Shown: in pieces, positions 1 to 9,213 of the stretch
Layout of the letters: every line of letters starts with the position of its first letter
How positions within the stretch are numbered: position 1 is the stretch's first letter
Source of the DNA: a virus
Direction: 5' to 3' (one strand)
IMG/VR virus record: IMGVR_UViG_3300033153_002115
Location: 1 to 64,000 of that record
Length of the DNA stretch: 64,000 nucleotides
The notes under the pieces: generated by a model
The model's input: the letters and a program-made list of their open reading frames with translations, nothing else
What the model was told of the DNA's origin: nothing
The model's database searches: none
Translations under genes and position numbers: made by a program

Positions 1-636
1 TTAGCCTATAATAGCACAATAGGAGAAACAAAGGATTTAAATGATAACGACTTAGCAACAATAGTAAGTCAACCTATTGATAATGATATTACAGGGATAG
101 AGGAGATTACAGTAATTGACAATGTAGGTTTGGCAGTGGCTGCCGGAACAAATATTCAAAAGACCGCAACAACCGCAGGATGGTTATACGGGTGTGCATC
201 AGATCAGCAAATCAATAGTGGTATAGGATGGATTGAATTTAACCTTAAAGTTATAGATGCAGCCAATTATCAGGGCATTTTAGGATTATCACATGTTAAT
301 TTAGATGCTGATTATGATACCGTTGAATTTGGTATGTTTTTATATACTAACGGAGTTATACAAAGAATTGAATCAGGGTCAACTAATACAATTTCAGGGT
401 TTACATATGTGGACGGGGATAAATTAAGGGTTTATGTTGATGACACGGCCACCCCTGGAAGTGGAGAGGTTACATTTTGGAAATGGAACGGGGCTGTTTG
501 GGAGCTAGAGTATACATTTACAAACAAAATAACAATGCCGTGTATGTTCGACTGCTCTTTAAATATAGACGGTTCAAGTAATTCAAATCAAATAACAATA
601 GAAAATATAAAAATCGCAGGAAGTGATCTTATCTAA
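1..636 (+). CDS. 5'-truncated beta-rich protein (lectin/SPRY-like fold possible)
   Basis: The frame of the 130..636 ORF is open back to position 1, so the gene starts outside the window; composition is beta-strand rich. Confidence 0.55.
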   Translation, partial: LAYNSTIGETKDLNDNDLATIVSQPIDNDITGIEEITVIDNVGLAVAAGTNIQKTATTAGWLYGCASDQQINSGIGWIEFNLKVIDAANYQGILGLSHVNLDADYDTVEFGMFLYTNGVIQRIESGSTNTISGFTYVDGDKLRVYVDDTATPGSGEVTFWKWNGAVWELEYTFTNKITMPCMFDCSLNIDGSSNSNQITIENIKIAGSDLI

Positions 637-1735
637 TTTATTAAATATCGGGACACAAGGTATTAAAGGCAGCTTAGTAGGTACTTATACCGAGGGTATT
701 GTTACTTATAAAAGTAGTATTGATAGTATTACTAATTTAGAATATAAATACGCTTATGATAACGGTTTATCAAATATGCCTTTGTTAATTCTAATGCATG
801 GATGGACATACGATTACGATGTTGAATTTCCGCAGGCAGTTATGGAGAAGTTTGCAAGTTATAAGTATTTTGCAGTAGCAGTTGATATGAGAGGTAGGCA
901 ATCAGCGCAAGGCAATAAAGATGCAAGTGGAAGAGAATTAATGGATATTTCAGATGCCGTATATAATGTAATAAGTAGATTTCCGAATTTAATAGATAAC
1001 AAAATAAAAGTAATTGCTGGGTGGTCTGGTGGTGGTGGAAATGTACTAGGTGTCTGTGCTAAGTTTCCCGATTTATTTAATGCCTCGATTGATAATTTTG
1101 GAATGTCTGATTATGGTTATGATGGTACTGATGGTTGGTATTATACAAATCCAGCTTATTCTGCGAGTATTTCAGCCATATTAGGAGATCCAGCGATCAA
1201 TAAAAATGAATATTTAAGTAGAAACACCCTTAATTCAATAACTAATTATTTAGGGTATTTATATATATTTCAGGATGTTGATGATTCAGGAGTAAATATT
1301 GTACATAGTAGAAATGTAGATGCTGAATTATCAGGACAATTAAATTATGAATATTCAGAAACCAATTCAGGTGATACAGATAGATGGACACATTCGGCCC
1401 CATCAATTGGTTCTGATATAGAAAAGGCTGAACCTATATGGAATACAGCATGTCTTACAAGAACAAGAGTTACTGTACCAAAGTCTGGGGTTATGTTTAT
1501 TTCAGGTTATCTAATAACAAAACGTTTTTCTATCTGGTTGGGGGATGGGGTAGACACTTTAAAAGATGGCACAAATAGAAGTGCTACGGTTGTTTATGAT
1601 GTTGAGAGTGGTAATTATACAGTTACGCCTATATTAGAAAGTGGAGTAAGCGATGTAGAAGTAAAAATAACTCAGTTTGATGGAAAAACAGCAACACAAA
1701 CAATAAATTCAGAAACGATTATTACTGTCTCGTAA
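623..1735 (+). CDS. alpha/beta-hydrolase (esterase/S9-like)
   Basis: LMHGW oxyanion motif, VDMRG, nucleophile elbow GWSGGG, downstream Asp (DDSGV) and His (WTHS) candidates. Confidence 0.8.
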   Translation: MILSNLLNIGTQGIKGSLVGTYTEGIVTYKSSIDSITNLEYKYAYDNGLSNMPLLILMHGWTYDYDVEFPQAVMEKFASYKYFAVAVDMRGRQSAQGNKDASGRELMDISDAVYNVISRFPNLIDNKIKVIAGWSGGGGNVLGVCAKFPDLFNASIDNFGMSDYGYDGTDGWYYTNPAYSASISAILGDPAINKNEYLSRNTLNSITNYLGYLYIFQDVDDSGVNIVHSRNVDAELSGQLNYEYSETNSGDTDRWTHSAPSIGSDIEKAEPIWNTACLTRTRVTVPKSGVMFISGYLITKRFSIWLGDGVDTLKDGTNRSATVVYDVESGNYTVTPILESGVSDVEVKITQFDGKTATQTINSETIITVS

Positions 1736-1759
1736 TTTATACACGTATTTTTTAGTAAG

Positions 1760-1789
1760 AAGAAATATCGAAAGGTGTTTCTTTTTTTT
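1760..1789 (+). terminator. intrinsic terminator
   Basis: AAGAAATATC-GAAA-GGTGTTTCTT hairpin followed by a T run. Confidence 0.75.
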
Positions 1790-1848
1790 ATATCTGCTAA
1801 CCACACTTATAAGTTTGATATAACAAATATTATATATATCTTTACACC

Positions 1849-2289
1849 ATGATTAAACAGATCAGTTCAAGTATACGTTATGATGATTGTACTTCTTATC
1901 GAATGGTTATATTGGATTTAGGGGAAGGTAATCAAAATGGAAGGTATATTGGTGGTGTTGATCCTATAGATAATATTAGTACAATTTTAAATAGAAATAA
2001 AATGGAAATGACAACAGGAACTGCGAATATGGCAGTAGAATCAAGGTTTCAGGATATCTTGGGACGGTTCAGAGAAGAGTTGAATGTTATGGATGACAGT
2101 TCTGCTGTAATCCAGGATAAGTTAAATATTTTATGGTCTTTTAAAAAGGAGCCTAGTTTGGTGGAAGCAGATAAACAGCCTTTAGAGCCTGGTGTGGTGA
2201 ATGAGTTAAATATGTATCTTGGTTTGTTTAATGTGTATAATCAAAGGCTTAAAGAGGTAAAAAATACTTTAATTGAATTGGTGGGATGA
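1849..2289 (+). CDS. hypothetical protein (start may be ATG at 2002)
   Basis: ORF track; A-rich initiation context before 2002; ATGA overlap with the next gene. Confidence 0.6.
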   Translation: MIKQISSSIRYDDCTSYRMVILDLGEGNQNGRYIGGVDPIDNISTILNRNKMEMTTGTANMAVESRFQDILGRFREELNVMDDSSAVIQDKLNILWSFKKEPSLVEADKQPLEPGVVNELNMYLGLFNVYNQRLKEVKNTLIELVG

Positions 2290-2498
2290 AACTTCATACT
2301 ATGGATAGGTATAGAATACCGACTATTGATGAGTTTGTCCCTGCTTTTAAGTATGAACTTAATTGTGATATGGTTTTAACTACACAAGAAAGGATAGATG
2401 AAGTATCTCCATGGGCTATATGTTCTGTAGGTATCAATACCGATTTACATATAATAGAAATTTCGTTGAAACAGGATTTAATAAGAGTAAAGATATGA
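2286..2498 (+). CDS. hypothetical protein
   Basis: ATGA-coupled at both ends. Confidence 0.6.
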   Translation: MKLHTMDRYRIPTIDEFVPAFKYELNCDMVLTTQERIDEVSPWAICSVGINTDLHIIEISLKQDLIRVKI

Positions 2499-2737
2499 TA
2501 GTAGGTAAAGCATATTATGTAGGAATACATCGGTATTCGTTTAAAACAGGTAAACCTGCTGAGATAATAGGTGTCGGAATAGTGACTCCTGATAAAGGGA
2601 GATCTAGATTGTGTTATCATATAATATGGGCCGACGATCAGTCAGAGGATTGGGTGCCTATTGATGATACCGCTAATTATAAGATAATAAGTTTCGATGA
2701 TATTTTACTAGGTAAGATACCGGATGTTACTGAATAG
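2495..2737 (+). CDS. hypothetical protein (probable start at ATGA overlap, MIVGKAY)
   Basis: 3' part of ORF 2411..2737; translational coupling to the previous stop. Confidence 0.6.
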   Translation: MIVGKAYYVGIHRYSFKTGKPAEIIGVGIVTPDKGRSRLCYHIIWADDQSEDWVPIDDTANYKIISFDDILLGKIPDVTE

Positions 2738-2745
2738 TTAAAGAT

Positions 2746-3060
2746 ATGATCACGTTTGATACATGGTTTAGAAAGAATAGGGTTAAGCATTTATATGCAT
2801 CTAATGAAAGATTAGTGGAGCTTTATGAACAAGAGACTTCATGGATATTCGGTCTTAAGTCTGCGGTGGATATTAAGGTGTTTGCGTATTTACTTAAACT
2901 TGCGGATAAAGAAGGGAAGGTAAAGTTTACACCTACCCTACGTAAAGGTTTGGCGAGGTTACTTGGTATTAGTATGCAACAGATTACTAATAGTCTTAAA
3001 GCTCTTAGAGATAAAAAGCTTATTGAGGGAAGTAGAACAAAATATGATATATTATTATAA
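2746..3060 (+). CDS. winged-HTH DNA-binding protein (RepL-like)
   Basis: LARLLGISMQQITNSLKALRDKKLI helix-turn-helix pattern. Confidence 0.65.
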   Translation: MITFDTWFRKNRVKHLYASNERLVELYEQETSWIFGLKSAVDIKVFAYLLKLADKEGKVKFTPTLRKGLARLLGISMQQITNSLKALRDKKLIEGSRTKYDILL

Positions 3061-3063
3061 GAT

Positions 3064-3255
3064 ATGAAAGAGCAATTAAAGTTGGTTAACGATTTAATAT
3101 ATAAGTTGAAAGAAGTAGGTCTGGATATTGAATGGTTTAATACAAATGTTAAAGATCCTGATGTTGAGATTATTGTAGGAAAGACGTTTGATTATCATAC
3201 AATGAAACCTATTTATAGGGTGGGATTAACTGAAAGAGTGAGACAAAAGTCGTAA
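3064..3255 (+). CDS. hypothetical protein
   Basis: ORF in a tightly packed operon. Confidence 0.5.
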   Translation: MKEQLKLVNDLIYKLKEVGLDIEWFNTNVKDPDVEIIVGKTFDYHTMKPIYRVGLTERVRQKS

Positions 3256-3279
3256 CTTGGCAGGCATAAATTATATGCC

Positions 3280-3453
3280 ATGGAGAAAACTAAAGATCAA
3301 TTATTAATGGAGAAGCTACTTGATGAAAGAAAAGTAGTTAGACAGGAATTATGTGTGTTAGCAGGTCGTTTAAAAGAACTTAATTTTGTTATAGCAATTG
3401 TTGTACAAAGAAGATATGAAAATGAATTCAATGAAAGGAAAGAACCCGATTAG
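3280..3453 (+). CDS. small hypothetical protein (57 aa, MEKTKDQLL...), below ORF-track cutoff
   Basis: Read manually; fills the gap between annotated ORFs. Confidence 0.45.
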   Translation: MEKTKDQLLMEKLLDERKVVRQELCVLAGRLKELNFVIAIVVQRRYENEFNERKEPD

Positions 3454-3546
3454 TTACTGGATATTGTTTACCAGTTTTCTTGTTGCTTTAAGTGCTGGCT
3501 TACTTTTGGTTAGTATAGTGTTTTATATATTAATGATATTCAAAGG

Positions 3547-3771
3547 ATGAAAGCAAGACAAAGAAATAAGTTACGTAAAAATACCATTATCCGTATGGAT
3601 ATACAAACTTTACCCAATGGTATGGATATACATAAATGGTATCATACCATACTCACTACTGGTATAATATTCTGGGATAGTTTTAAAGGTGGGCTTGCTC
3701 CTACAGTATTTCCTAAAAAACATAAAACAGTATTTAAAATTAAAGATAAACAAAATGGAAAGGATATCTGA
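3547..3771 (+). CDS. hypothetical basic protein
   Basis: ORF track; operon packing. Confidence 0.5.
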   Translation: MKARQRNKLRKNTIIRMDIQTLPNGMDIHKWYHTILTTGIIFWDSFKGGLAPTVFPKKHKTVFKIKDKQNGKDI

Positions 3772-4240
3772 TCATATTTCGTATAAAGAGGCTACCAATA
3801 GCCATGGTGCTATTAGAGCCGGTGTAGATAATACACCAACTATAGGAGAATTGGAAGCAATGAAGGCAGTAGCTGAAAATTGTTTTGAGCCTTTAAGGGA
3901 ATTTTTTGGTGTGCCTATAAAGATTGAAAGTTTTTTAAGGAAACATACACCTAATTCTCAACATTTCAGAGGTGAAGCTATCGATATAGATGATGACTAT
4001 AGTGATGTTACTAATGGGGAGATGTTTGATTTCTTGGTAAAGAATACACCGTTTGATCAGTTAATCTGGGAATTTGGTAATGCATATCAACCGGGATGGA
4101 TACATGTATCACATACGGCAAGAAGAGAAAACAGGGGAAGGATTACTGTAGCTTATAAAACGGCTAGTGGAAAGACTGCTTATAGGCATTTTAGTACTTT
4201 AGGTTTAATGCATATATTTTTAAACAACCGCTATGCATAG
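3755..4240 (+). CDS. endolysin candidate, peptidase M15-family Zn peptidase
   Basis: SQHFRGEAIDID and WIHVS zinc-binding motifs; likely start MERISDHISYKEA at 3755. Confidence 0.85.
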   Translation: MERISDHISYKEATNSHGAIRAGVDNTPTIGELEAMKAVAENCFEPLREFFGVPIKIESFLRKHTPNSQHFRGEAIDIDDDYSDVTNGEMFDFLVKNTPFDQLIWEFGNAYQPGWIHVSHTARRENRGRITVAYKTASGKTAYRHFSTLGLMHIFLNNRYA

Positions 4241-4694
4241 ATACAACCCTGATACACGGACATATATTATCCCTATAAAAGAGATCTGTGAGATTGTTGA
4301 TAAGATTCCTGTAGAAAAAAGACAAGGTAATCTCGATCATGTGTTTACTATATATTCCATGGATCCGGAAAAGGTGATGAATGTTACTGATGAGTTGTAT
4401 AATACTTGGTTAGGACAAATGAGTGTAGCTAATCAATCTGCAATGTTAAGAAAGTACTCTTTGCGAAACGTAGGTGCTTATGTTAAAATGCCTAATAGGC
4501 CAATGGAATATATTCCTCAAACAACTATAGATGAAGAAGTTGAGAACGATGAAGAGTTGGAGAATTTAGTAGGTGGTATGGTAAAAGATTCGGACTTTAT
4601 AATAGAAGTTGATCATATATCTAAAGAAGAATTCAGAGAAGCAGAACATCAAGATATAATGGATGAGTGGTCCAGATTACAAAAATCAGATTAG
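4233..4694 (+). CDS. hypothetical acidic protein
   Basis: ORF track; overlap-coupled. Confidence 0.6.
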   Translation: MHRYNPDTRTYIIPIKEICEIVDKIPVEKRQGNLDHVFTIYSMDPEKVMNVTDELYNTWLGQMSVANQSAMLRKYSLRNVGAYVKMPNRPMEYIPQTTIDEEVENDEELENLVGGMVKDSDFIIEVDHISKEEFREAEHQDIMDEWSRLQKSD

Positions 4695-4838
4695 TTATGC
4701 ATAGAACAAAATTGACTTTTAAAGAAGAATGGGTATTGTCTTGGTGGATATTTTTACGTAACCCAAAGGCCGCCTTGTATAAAGAAGGGATTAACTTAGG
4801 TATGGCTAAAAGATTTGCATTTAAAAGAGCTGTGAAGT

Positions 4839-5096
4839 ATGGTAATAACTGATACAGGTACTCAAAACGAGCAGGATCCTACAAGTATTACTTCTAATGA
4901 TATGGATCATTTATTATATGATTATGAAGATAAGGTTGAGTGTGAAGCTTATTTGTACGAAGAAGAAAGAGAAAGATTAGAGTCTAAACAAGGTTGGTTC
5001 GTACCTAGAAATATTAGAGGGAAAAACTTAAAGTATTATAATAAAGTTAAAAGGACTATTAGAAATTGTTTACCTAGAAAAATAAGAACAGACTAA
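4839..5096 (+). CDS. hypothetical protein
   Basis: ORF track. Confidence 0.5.
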   Translation: MVITDTGTQNEQDPTSITSNDMDHLLYDYEDKVECEAYLYEEERERLESKQGWFVPRNIRGKNLKYYNKVKRTIRNCLPRKIRTD

Positions 5097-5097
5097 T

Positions 5098-5334
5098 ATG
5101 ATTATACAATTAGAGTTTTGCGGTTTAACTAAACTGATGGAAGTTCCTGAACAGATATCCGGTCTTATAGATATCGATTGGATACCCGGTACTTTATTAC
5201 CTTTATTTGAAATGAGCGGTGGTAAGAAATCAGAAATAGTAGAGAGAGTAAGACTGATCTTTAAGTATAGCGGCAGTCAGACTGAACAAGGATATATGAT
5301 ATATAATTTAACTAATATAGATAAAATAAAATGA
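5098..5334 (+). CDS. hypothetical protein
   Basis: ORF track; ATGA coupling. Confidence 0.55.
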   Translation: MIIQLEFCGLTKLMEVPEQISGLIDIDWIPGTLLPLFEMSGGKKSEIVERVRLIFKYSGSQTEQGYMIYNLTNIDKIK

Positions 5335-5537
5335 TAGAAAGTATTAGAGAATTCATATTGTACTTACAAACGGTACCGGATTGGTCCATATATTTTATAT
5401 TAATTATGGGGGCTGTGTATGTACTATTACTTATCATACAGATCTATTTAAAGTATCGAAAAAGAGTAGAGTATGGGAAACTTGAAAAAGAATATAAAAA
5501 GTATATAAAAAATGGACAAACTAGAGACTCAATGTAA
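5331..5537 (+). CDS. small membrane protein
   Basis: One hydrophobic helix followed by a basic tail. Confidence 0.55.
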   Translation: MIESIREFILYLQTVPDWSIYFILIMGAVYVLLLIIQIYLKYRKRVEYGKLEKEYKKYIKNGQTRDSM

Positions 5538-5694
5538 AGACTGTGTTTATGCTTTTGCTTTTAGAGAAGTAACAGAAGAAGGGGAACCTTTGTTTAATAC
5601 TATACACTGTGTATATCCTGAACCAAGTATAATAATACTAAATATTATAAGGGACTGTTCTCAATACATTAAAAAAGTAGATAATGATAGCTAA
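5512..5694 (+). CDS. small Cys-rich protein
   Basis: CKDC...C...C pattern. Confidence 0.5.
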   Translation: MDKLETQCKDCVYAFAFREVTEEGEPLFNTIHCVYPEPSIIILNIIRDCSQYIKKVDNDS

Positions 5695-6259
5695 GTTTAT
5701 AAAAAACAATTGGACATACTTTGCTCTTCTTGGATTTGCAATAGTGATTTATTTCATGCTGGTTACCATGAAAGCTTTTCATGCAGAAAATAGAAGGCTT
5801 ACTGACAACATAGCACAACTTCTCCTGGAAAGAGATTCTAAAGTCCTTGAGATTACGAAAAAAGAATTCAACAAGTACTATGTACAGCAAGATTCGCTTC
5901 TAAGAGAGTTAAGGGATAGTTTGAAGTTGAATTATCGTCATATAGAACGGACTGTCAATCATAAATATGAACATTCTTATGACACAACTATTACACTTAT
6001 TAAAACCGTAGATTCTACGTATAAAGAATTTAATCATAGATTTGATGATTGTGTCGAAGTAATAGGTAAAGTAAATTGGGCTGAGGATAAAATAATATTC
6101 GAGGATTTAAAAGTTACTTATAATGCCACTACTGTTTATTACTGGCAAAGGAAACATAAGTTCTGGTTTATAAAATGGGGAAAGAAAGAGTACTACGCCG
6201 TGACTAAAAATAATTGTACTGGGGGAACTAAAGTAATTGATATAGAATTTAAGAAATGA
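5684..6259 (+). CDS. membrane-anchored coiled-coil protein, spanin-like
   Basis: N-terminal TM helix, coiled coil, C-terminal KFWFIKWGKK; lies near the endolysin. Confidence 0.5.
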   Translation: MIAKFIKNNWTYFALLGFAIVIYFMLVTMKAFHAENRRLTDNIAQLLLERDSKVLEITKKEFNKYYVQQDSLLRELRDSLKLNYRHIERTVNHKYEHSYDTTITLIKTVDSTYKEFNHRFDDCVEVIGKVNWAEDKIIFEDLKVTYNATTVYYWQRKHKFWFIKWGKKEYYAVTKNNCTGGTKVIDIEFKK

Positions 6260-6483
6260 GTGAGGCGTTATCAAATATAAAACATCTTGAAGAAGTAAAT
6301 AGATCTGCAGGTTTTGAATCAAAAAGTTTACTGCATATATTACCACAGCTTCATGACTTATTACTTCTGCGTAAAAAGACGGCAATACATTTAAATACCG
6401 TTGTTCTTGAAGAAGGAAGAAAAATGGCTAATGAACAATATAGTTACATCAATACCGAGATTAAAAAACTACTTAACCTATAA
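6256..6483 (+). CDS. hypothetical protein
   Basis: ATGA coupling. Confidence 0.55.
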   Translation: MSEALSNIKHLEEVNRSAGFESKSLLHILPQLHDLLLLRKKTAIHLNTVVLEEGRKMANEQYSYINTEIKKLLNL

Positions 6484-6486
6484 ATA

Positions 6487-6747
6487 ATGAGTAATAAACC
6501 TAGAGAGAGTGACTGGTATAAAATAGACGTTTGTGAAAACTGTCGCAAAAGGTTAGGACGTAATGCAAGGTATTATAGTAGAGGGGTATGCCCTAAGTGT
6601 GGATATGATAGTTGCTCTACTATCTGTGATACATCTACGGTAGTAGTAAAAGAGATATTACACCATCCTTGGTGGAGATTCTGGGATAAAGAATATGAGT
6701 ACATAGGACGAGATAAATTTAGTCAAGAGTGGTTAAATGATAATTAA
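6487..6747 (+). CDS. zinc-ribbon protein
   Basis: CENC...CPKCG. Confidence 0.65.
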   Translation: MSNKPRESDWYKIDVCENCRKRLGRNARYYSRGVCPKCGYDSCSTICDTSTVVVKEILHHPWWRFWDKEYEYIGRDKFSQEWLNDN

Positions 6748-6753
6748 ATAGAC

Positions 6754-6969
6754 ATGACAGAATTTTCAGATAAATTTAAAGCAGGTAAACTTACCTTAGA
6801 AGATTTGGACTATTTTAGTTTTGATCGAGACGTAAAAAAGTCTAATCTATTTTCTAAAACATTCAGAGACGGTACCGTTATAAAAATACTTAGAGAAGGT
6901 GCCGGATGGTTTAATGATGGTAAAGAAATAAAAACAGTAGGAGATTTAATAAATTTAATGTACTTTTAA
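6754..6969 (+). CDS. hypothetical protein
   Basis: ORF track. Confidence 0.5.
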   Translation: MTEFSDKFKAGKLTLEDLDYFSFDRDVKKSNLFSKTFRDGTVIKILREGAGWFNDGKEIKTVGDLINLMYF

Positions 6970-6970
6970 T

Positions 6971-7441
6971 ATGAAAGGAGAAATAGCATTACTGATTATA
7001 TCAGCAGCGATCTTTATAGGTTATGTACAATATATAGCTTTAAAGTATGGTATTCAGAAAAGTATATCTGAAAGTTACTATGATCTACCAAGGAGATGGC
7101 AATTTATATTTACTTTAACCTTATGGGGATTTGCTATTCCTATAATGTTAGTAGGGAATTCTACTTGGTTCTTTTTAGCTGGGGGCCTTATATGTTTTGT
7201 AGGGGCAGCGGCAGCATTTAAAGACTGGGCTATAACTTACAAAGTACATATGGTAGGCGCTTATGGTGGAGTGCTGCTTGGGTTTATAGGGATTTTGGGG
7301 GATCTACATAATTGGTATATTGCATCTATTGCTATCATGAGTATAATTATAATATGGTTTACATCCCAGTTTAAAATCTGGTGGATAGAGATAGTAGCTT
7401 TTGCAGCAGTTTGGTTAAGTATTTTAATTGCAGCTCTATGA
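6971..7441 (+). CDS. multi-pass membrane protein
   Basis: About 6 hydrophobic segments; SISESYY motif. Confidence 0.75.
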   Translation: MKGEIALLIISAAIFIGYVQYIALKYGIQKSISESYYDLPRRWQFIFTLTLWGFAIPIMLVGNSTWFFLAGGLICFVGAAAAFKDWAITYKVHMVGAYGGVLLGFIGILGDLHNWYIASIAIMSIIIIWFTSQFKIWWIEIVAFAAVWLSILIAAL

Positions 7442-7710
7442 ATACAGAAGATAGAGTTTTATATTTTATAGCGAGTATTAGAAAGAGAACCGGTATAACT
7501 TATTATCTTAACGGGCATTGTTATGATTTTTATTTTAAGTTATTAGGAAAATTCGCTAACGCTATTTGTTACTATGATAATGACCATGTAATAACTAAGA
7601 TAGGTGACAAGTACTATGATATTACAGGAGAAGTAGAGAGAACTAATCATTTACCTGTAGATGGTAAACATTATTCTCATACACAATTAAAAGGCAAGTT
7701 TAATACATAA
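7438..7710 (+). CDS. hypothetical protein with Cys/His/Asp pattern (papain-like?)
   Basis: Probable start at the ATGA overlap (MNTEDR); GHCY...DHV...YYDITG. Confidence 0.55.
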   Translation: MNTEDRVLYFIASIRKRTGITYYLNGHCYDFYFKLLGKFANAICYYDNDHVITKIGDKYYDITGEVERTNHLPVDGKHYSHTQLKGKFNT

Positions 7711-7724
7711 TTAAAGGTGGCAGG

Positions 7725-8102
7725 ATGGAGTTAAATTTAAAAGCAGGCGATATCAGGAAAGCTATTGCTATGTATCTTGGTATACTGTACAAGTTCCATA
7801 AACTTACAGATAAAGAGATAGAGGTATTGACAGAAATCATCTATACTTATAAACAACTTAAAGATAAGTACGATTCCGCTGTAGCGGAGAAACTGTACCT
7901 GGATAAAAGTGCGCGTAAAGACATTACTGATAAATTTAAGATGAGTCGTCAGGTATTTAGGAACTACTTAGTTACTTTTAGAAAGAAAGGTATTATCTCT
8001 GGTGATACTTTAAAAGCAGCTTTTATTCCTGATTTCGGTAATATAAACCTTACGTTTAATATAAGATATGAAGGACAAGATACTCGAGAAGATAATAAAT
8101 GA
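7725..8102 (+). CDS. HTH-type DNA-binding protein
   Basis: LTDKEIEVL...ITDKFKMSRQVFRNYLVTFRKKGII. Confidence 0.6.
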   Translation: MELNLKAGDIRKAIAMYLGILYKFHKLTDKEIEVLTEIIYTYKQLKDKYDSAVAEKLYLDKSARKDITDKFKMSRQVFRNYLVTFRKKGIISGDTLKAAFIPDFGNINLTFNIRYEGQDTREDNK

Positions 8103-8319
8103 AGTAGCGAAAGAGATGGGTATAAGACCTAAAATTGTCTTTGCAGTGTATAGACACTTTCTTAATTATATCTACAAGATGATGACGAAAGTAAAGTTAA
8201 AGCATATGTCTAAAGAATACATAAGGAAACATGCAGTAAATATTAACATTCCCGGATTCGGGAGAATACTAAATAAATATGGCAAAACTATTAAAAGCAG
8301 AAAAGACAAAAGCAACTAA
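8068..8319 (+). CDS. IHF/HU-like protein
   Basis: IINEVAKEMGI...INIPGFG pattern; IHF-like genes are typical of crAss-like structural modules. Confidence 0.6.
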   Translation: MKDKILEKIINEVAKEMGIRPKIVFAVYRHFLNYIYKMMTKVKLKHMSKEYIRKHAVNINIPGFGRILNKYGKTIKSRKDKSN

Positions 8320-8671
8320 AGAAAATCCACTTAAGTTGAGGTTATTCTATGATCACATTATAACTACTTGCAGGACTAAAGATGTAAGTCCTAGTGGTAT
8401 CATTCTTAATGCAGGTAAGGGTGAAGTATTAAATCGACAGAAAGTTCTGGCTTGTGGTCCTGGTTCTGGAGTTGAGGTAGGAGAAGAAGTAGAACTTAAT
8501 CCGGATACTTTTCCTAAGATAAAGGTGACACCTAAGACACACGGTGGTTACGAACATGGAATCGGACCGGACGGTACAGTAACAGTACCACCTGTTGAGT
8601 ACATCGACGACATACCTTATCTACGGGTAAATACACATAAATTAAAATGGGTATATGAGAAATCTGTTTAG
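8279..8671 (+). CDS. GroES-like co-chaperonin
   Basis: SPSGIIL mobile loop, VLACGPG, VEVGEEV. Confidence 0.65.
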   Translation: MAKLLKAEKTKATKENPLKLRLFYDHIITTCRTKDVSPSGIILNAGKGEVLNRQKVLACGPGSGVEVGEEVELNPDTFPKIKVTPKTHGGYEHGIGPDGTVTVPPVEYIDDIPYLRVNTHKLKWVYEKSV

Positions 8672-9179
8672 TTTAAATTCGGACGGTCTTGTTGTCATAG
8701 AACCACAAGCCTGGTTAATAGATGCCTTTAAAGCTATTCGGGATAAGTATAAGGATCCCGGGATAGCTACTGTAGAGATGGGACTGATATGGTTTGCTGC
8801 AGATTATCGTTCTGACTTCAATACTATTTTAGAAGTAGAAGCTCGTGTAGCTAAGATTAGAAATGTAATTTACACTAATCGTAATCTACAGATAGATGAG
8901 AAGACGTATAAGGCTATCGAGTTTTATAAAGAAGAACAGGATACTACAAAGATTTTATTGATACGAGCTGTTAATAGTGGTTTATTACGTGCGATTGCTA
9001 CTATTGATAAAACAAATATGGATGATCTTGACGAAATAAAAGTCTTTTCAGATATCGTTACTAAACTACCAAATATGGTGGATAATATTGATAAACTAGA
9101 GGCTTTTGTTAAGAAAGAACAGCAACTAGATGATGGTGTTGTAGGTGCCGGTCAAAAAAGTATTTATGAAGATGGCTAA
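8655..9179 (+). CDS. putative terminase small subunit
   Basis: Helical protein directly upstream of TerL; positional inference. Confidence 0.45.
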   Translation: MRNLFSLNSDGLVVIEPQAWLIDAFKAIRDKYKDPGIATVEMGLIWFAADYRSDFNTILEVEARVAKIRNVIYTNRNLQIDEKTYKAIEFYKEEQDTTKILLIRAVNSGLLRAIATIDKTNMDDLDEIKVFSDIVTKLPNMVDNIDKLEAFVKKEQQLDDGVVGAGQKSIYEDG

Positions 9180-9187
9180 AAATTTCA

Positions 9188-9195
9188 TACATTTG
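9188..9195 (+). promoter_or_regulatory. Bacteroidota sigma-A -7 box (TACATTTG)
   Basis: Matches TAnnTTTG in the intergenic gap before terL. Confidence 0.55.
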
Positions 9196-9213
9196 TAATT
9201 AAATGTGTGAAGT

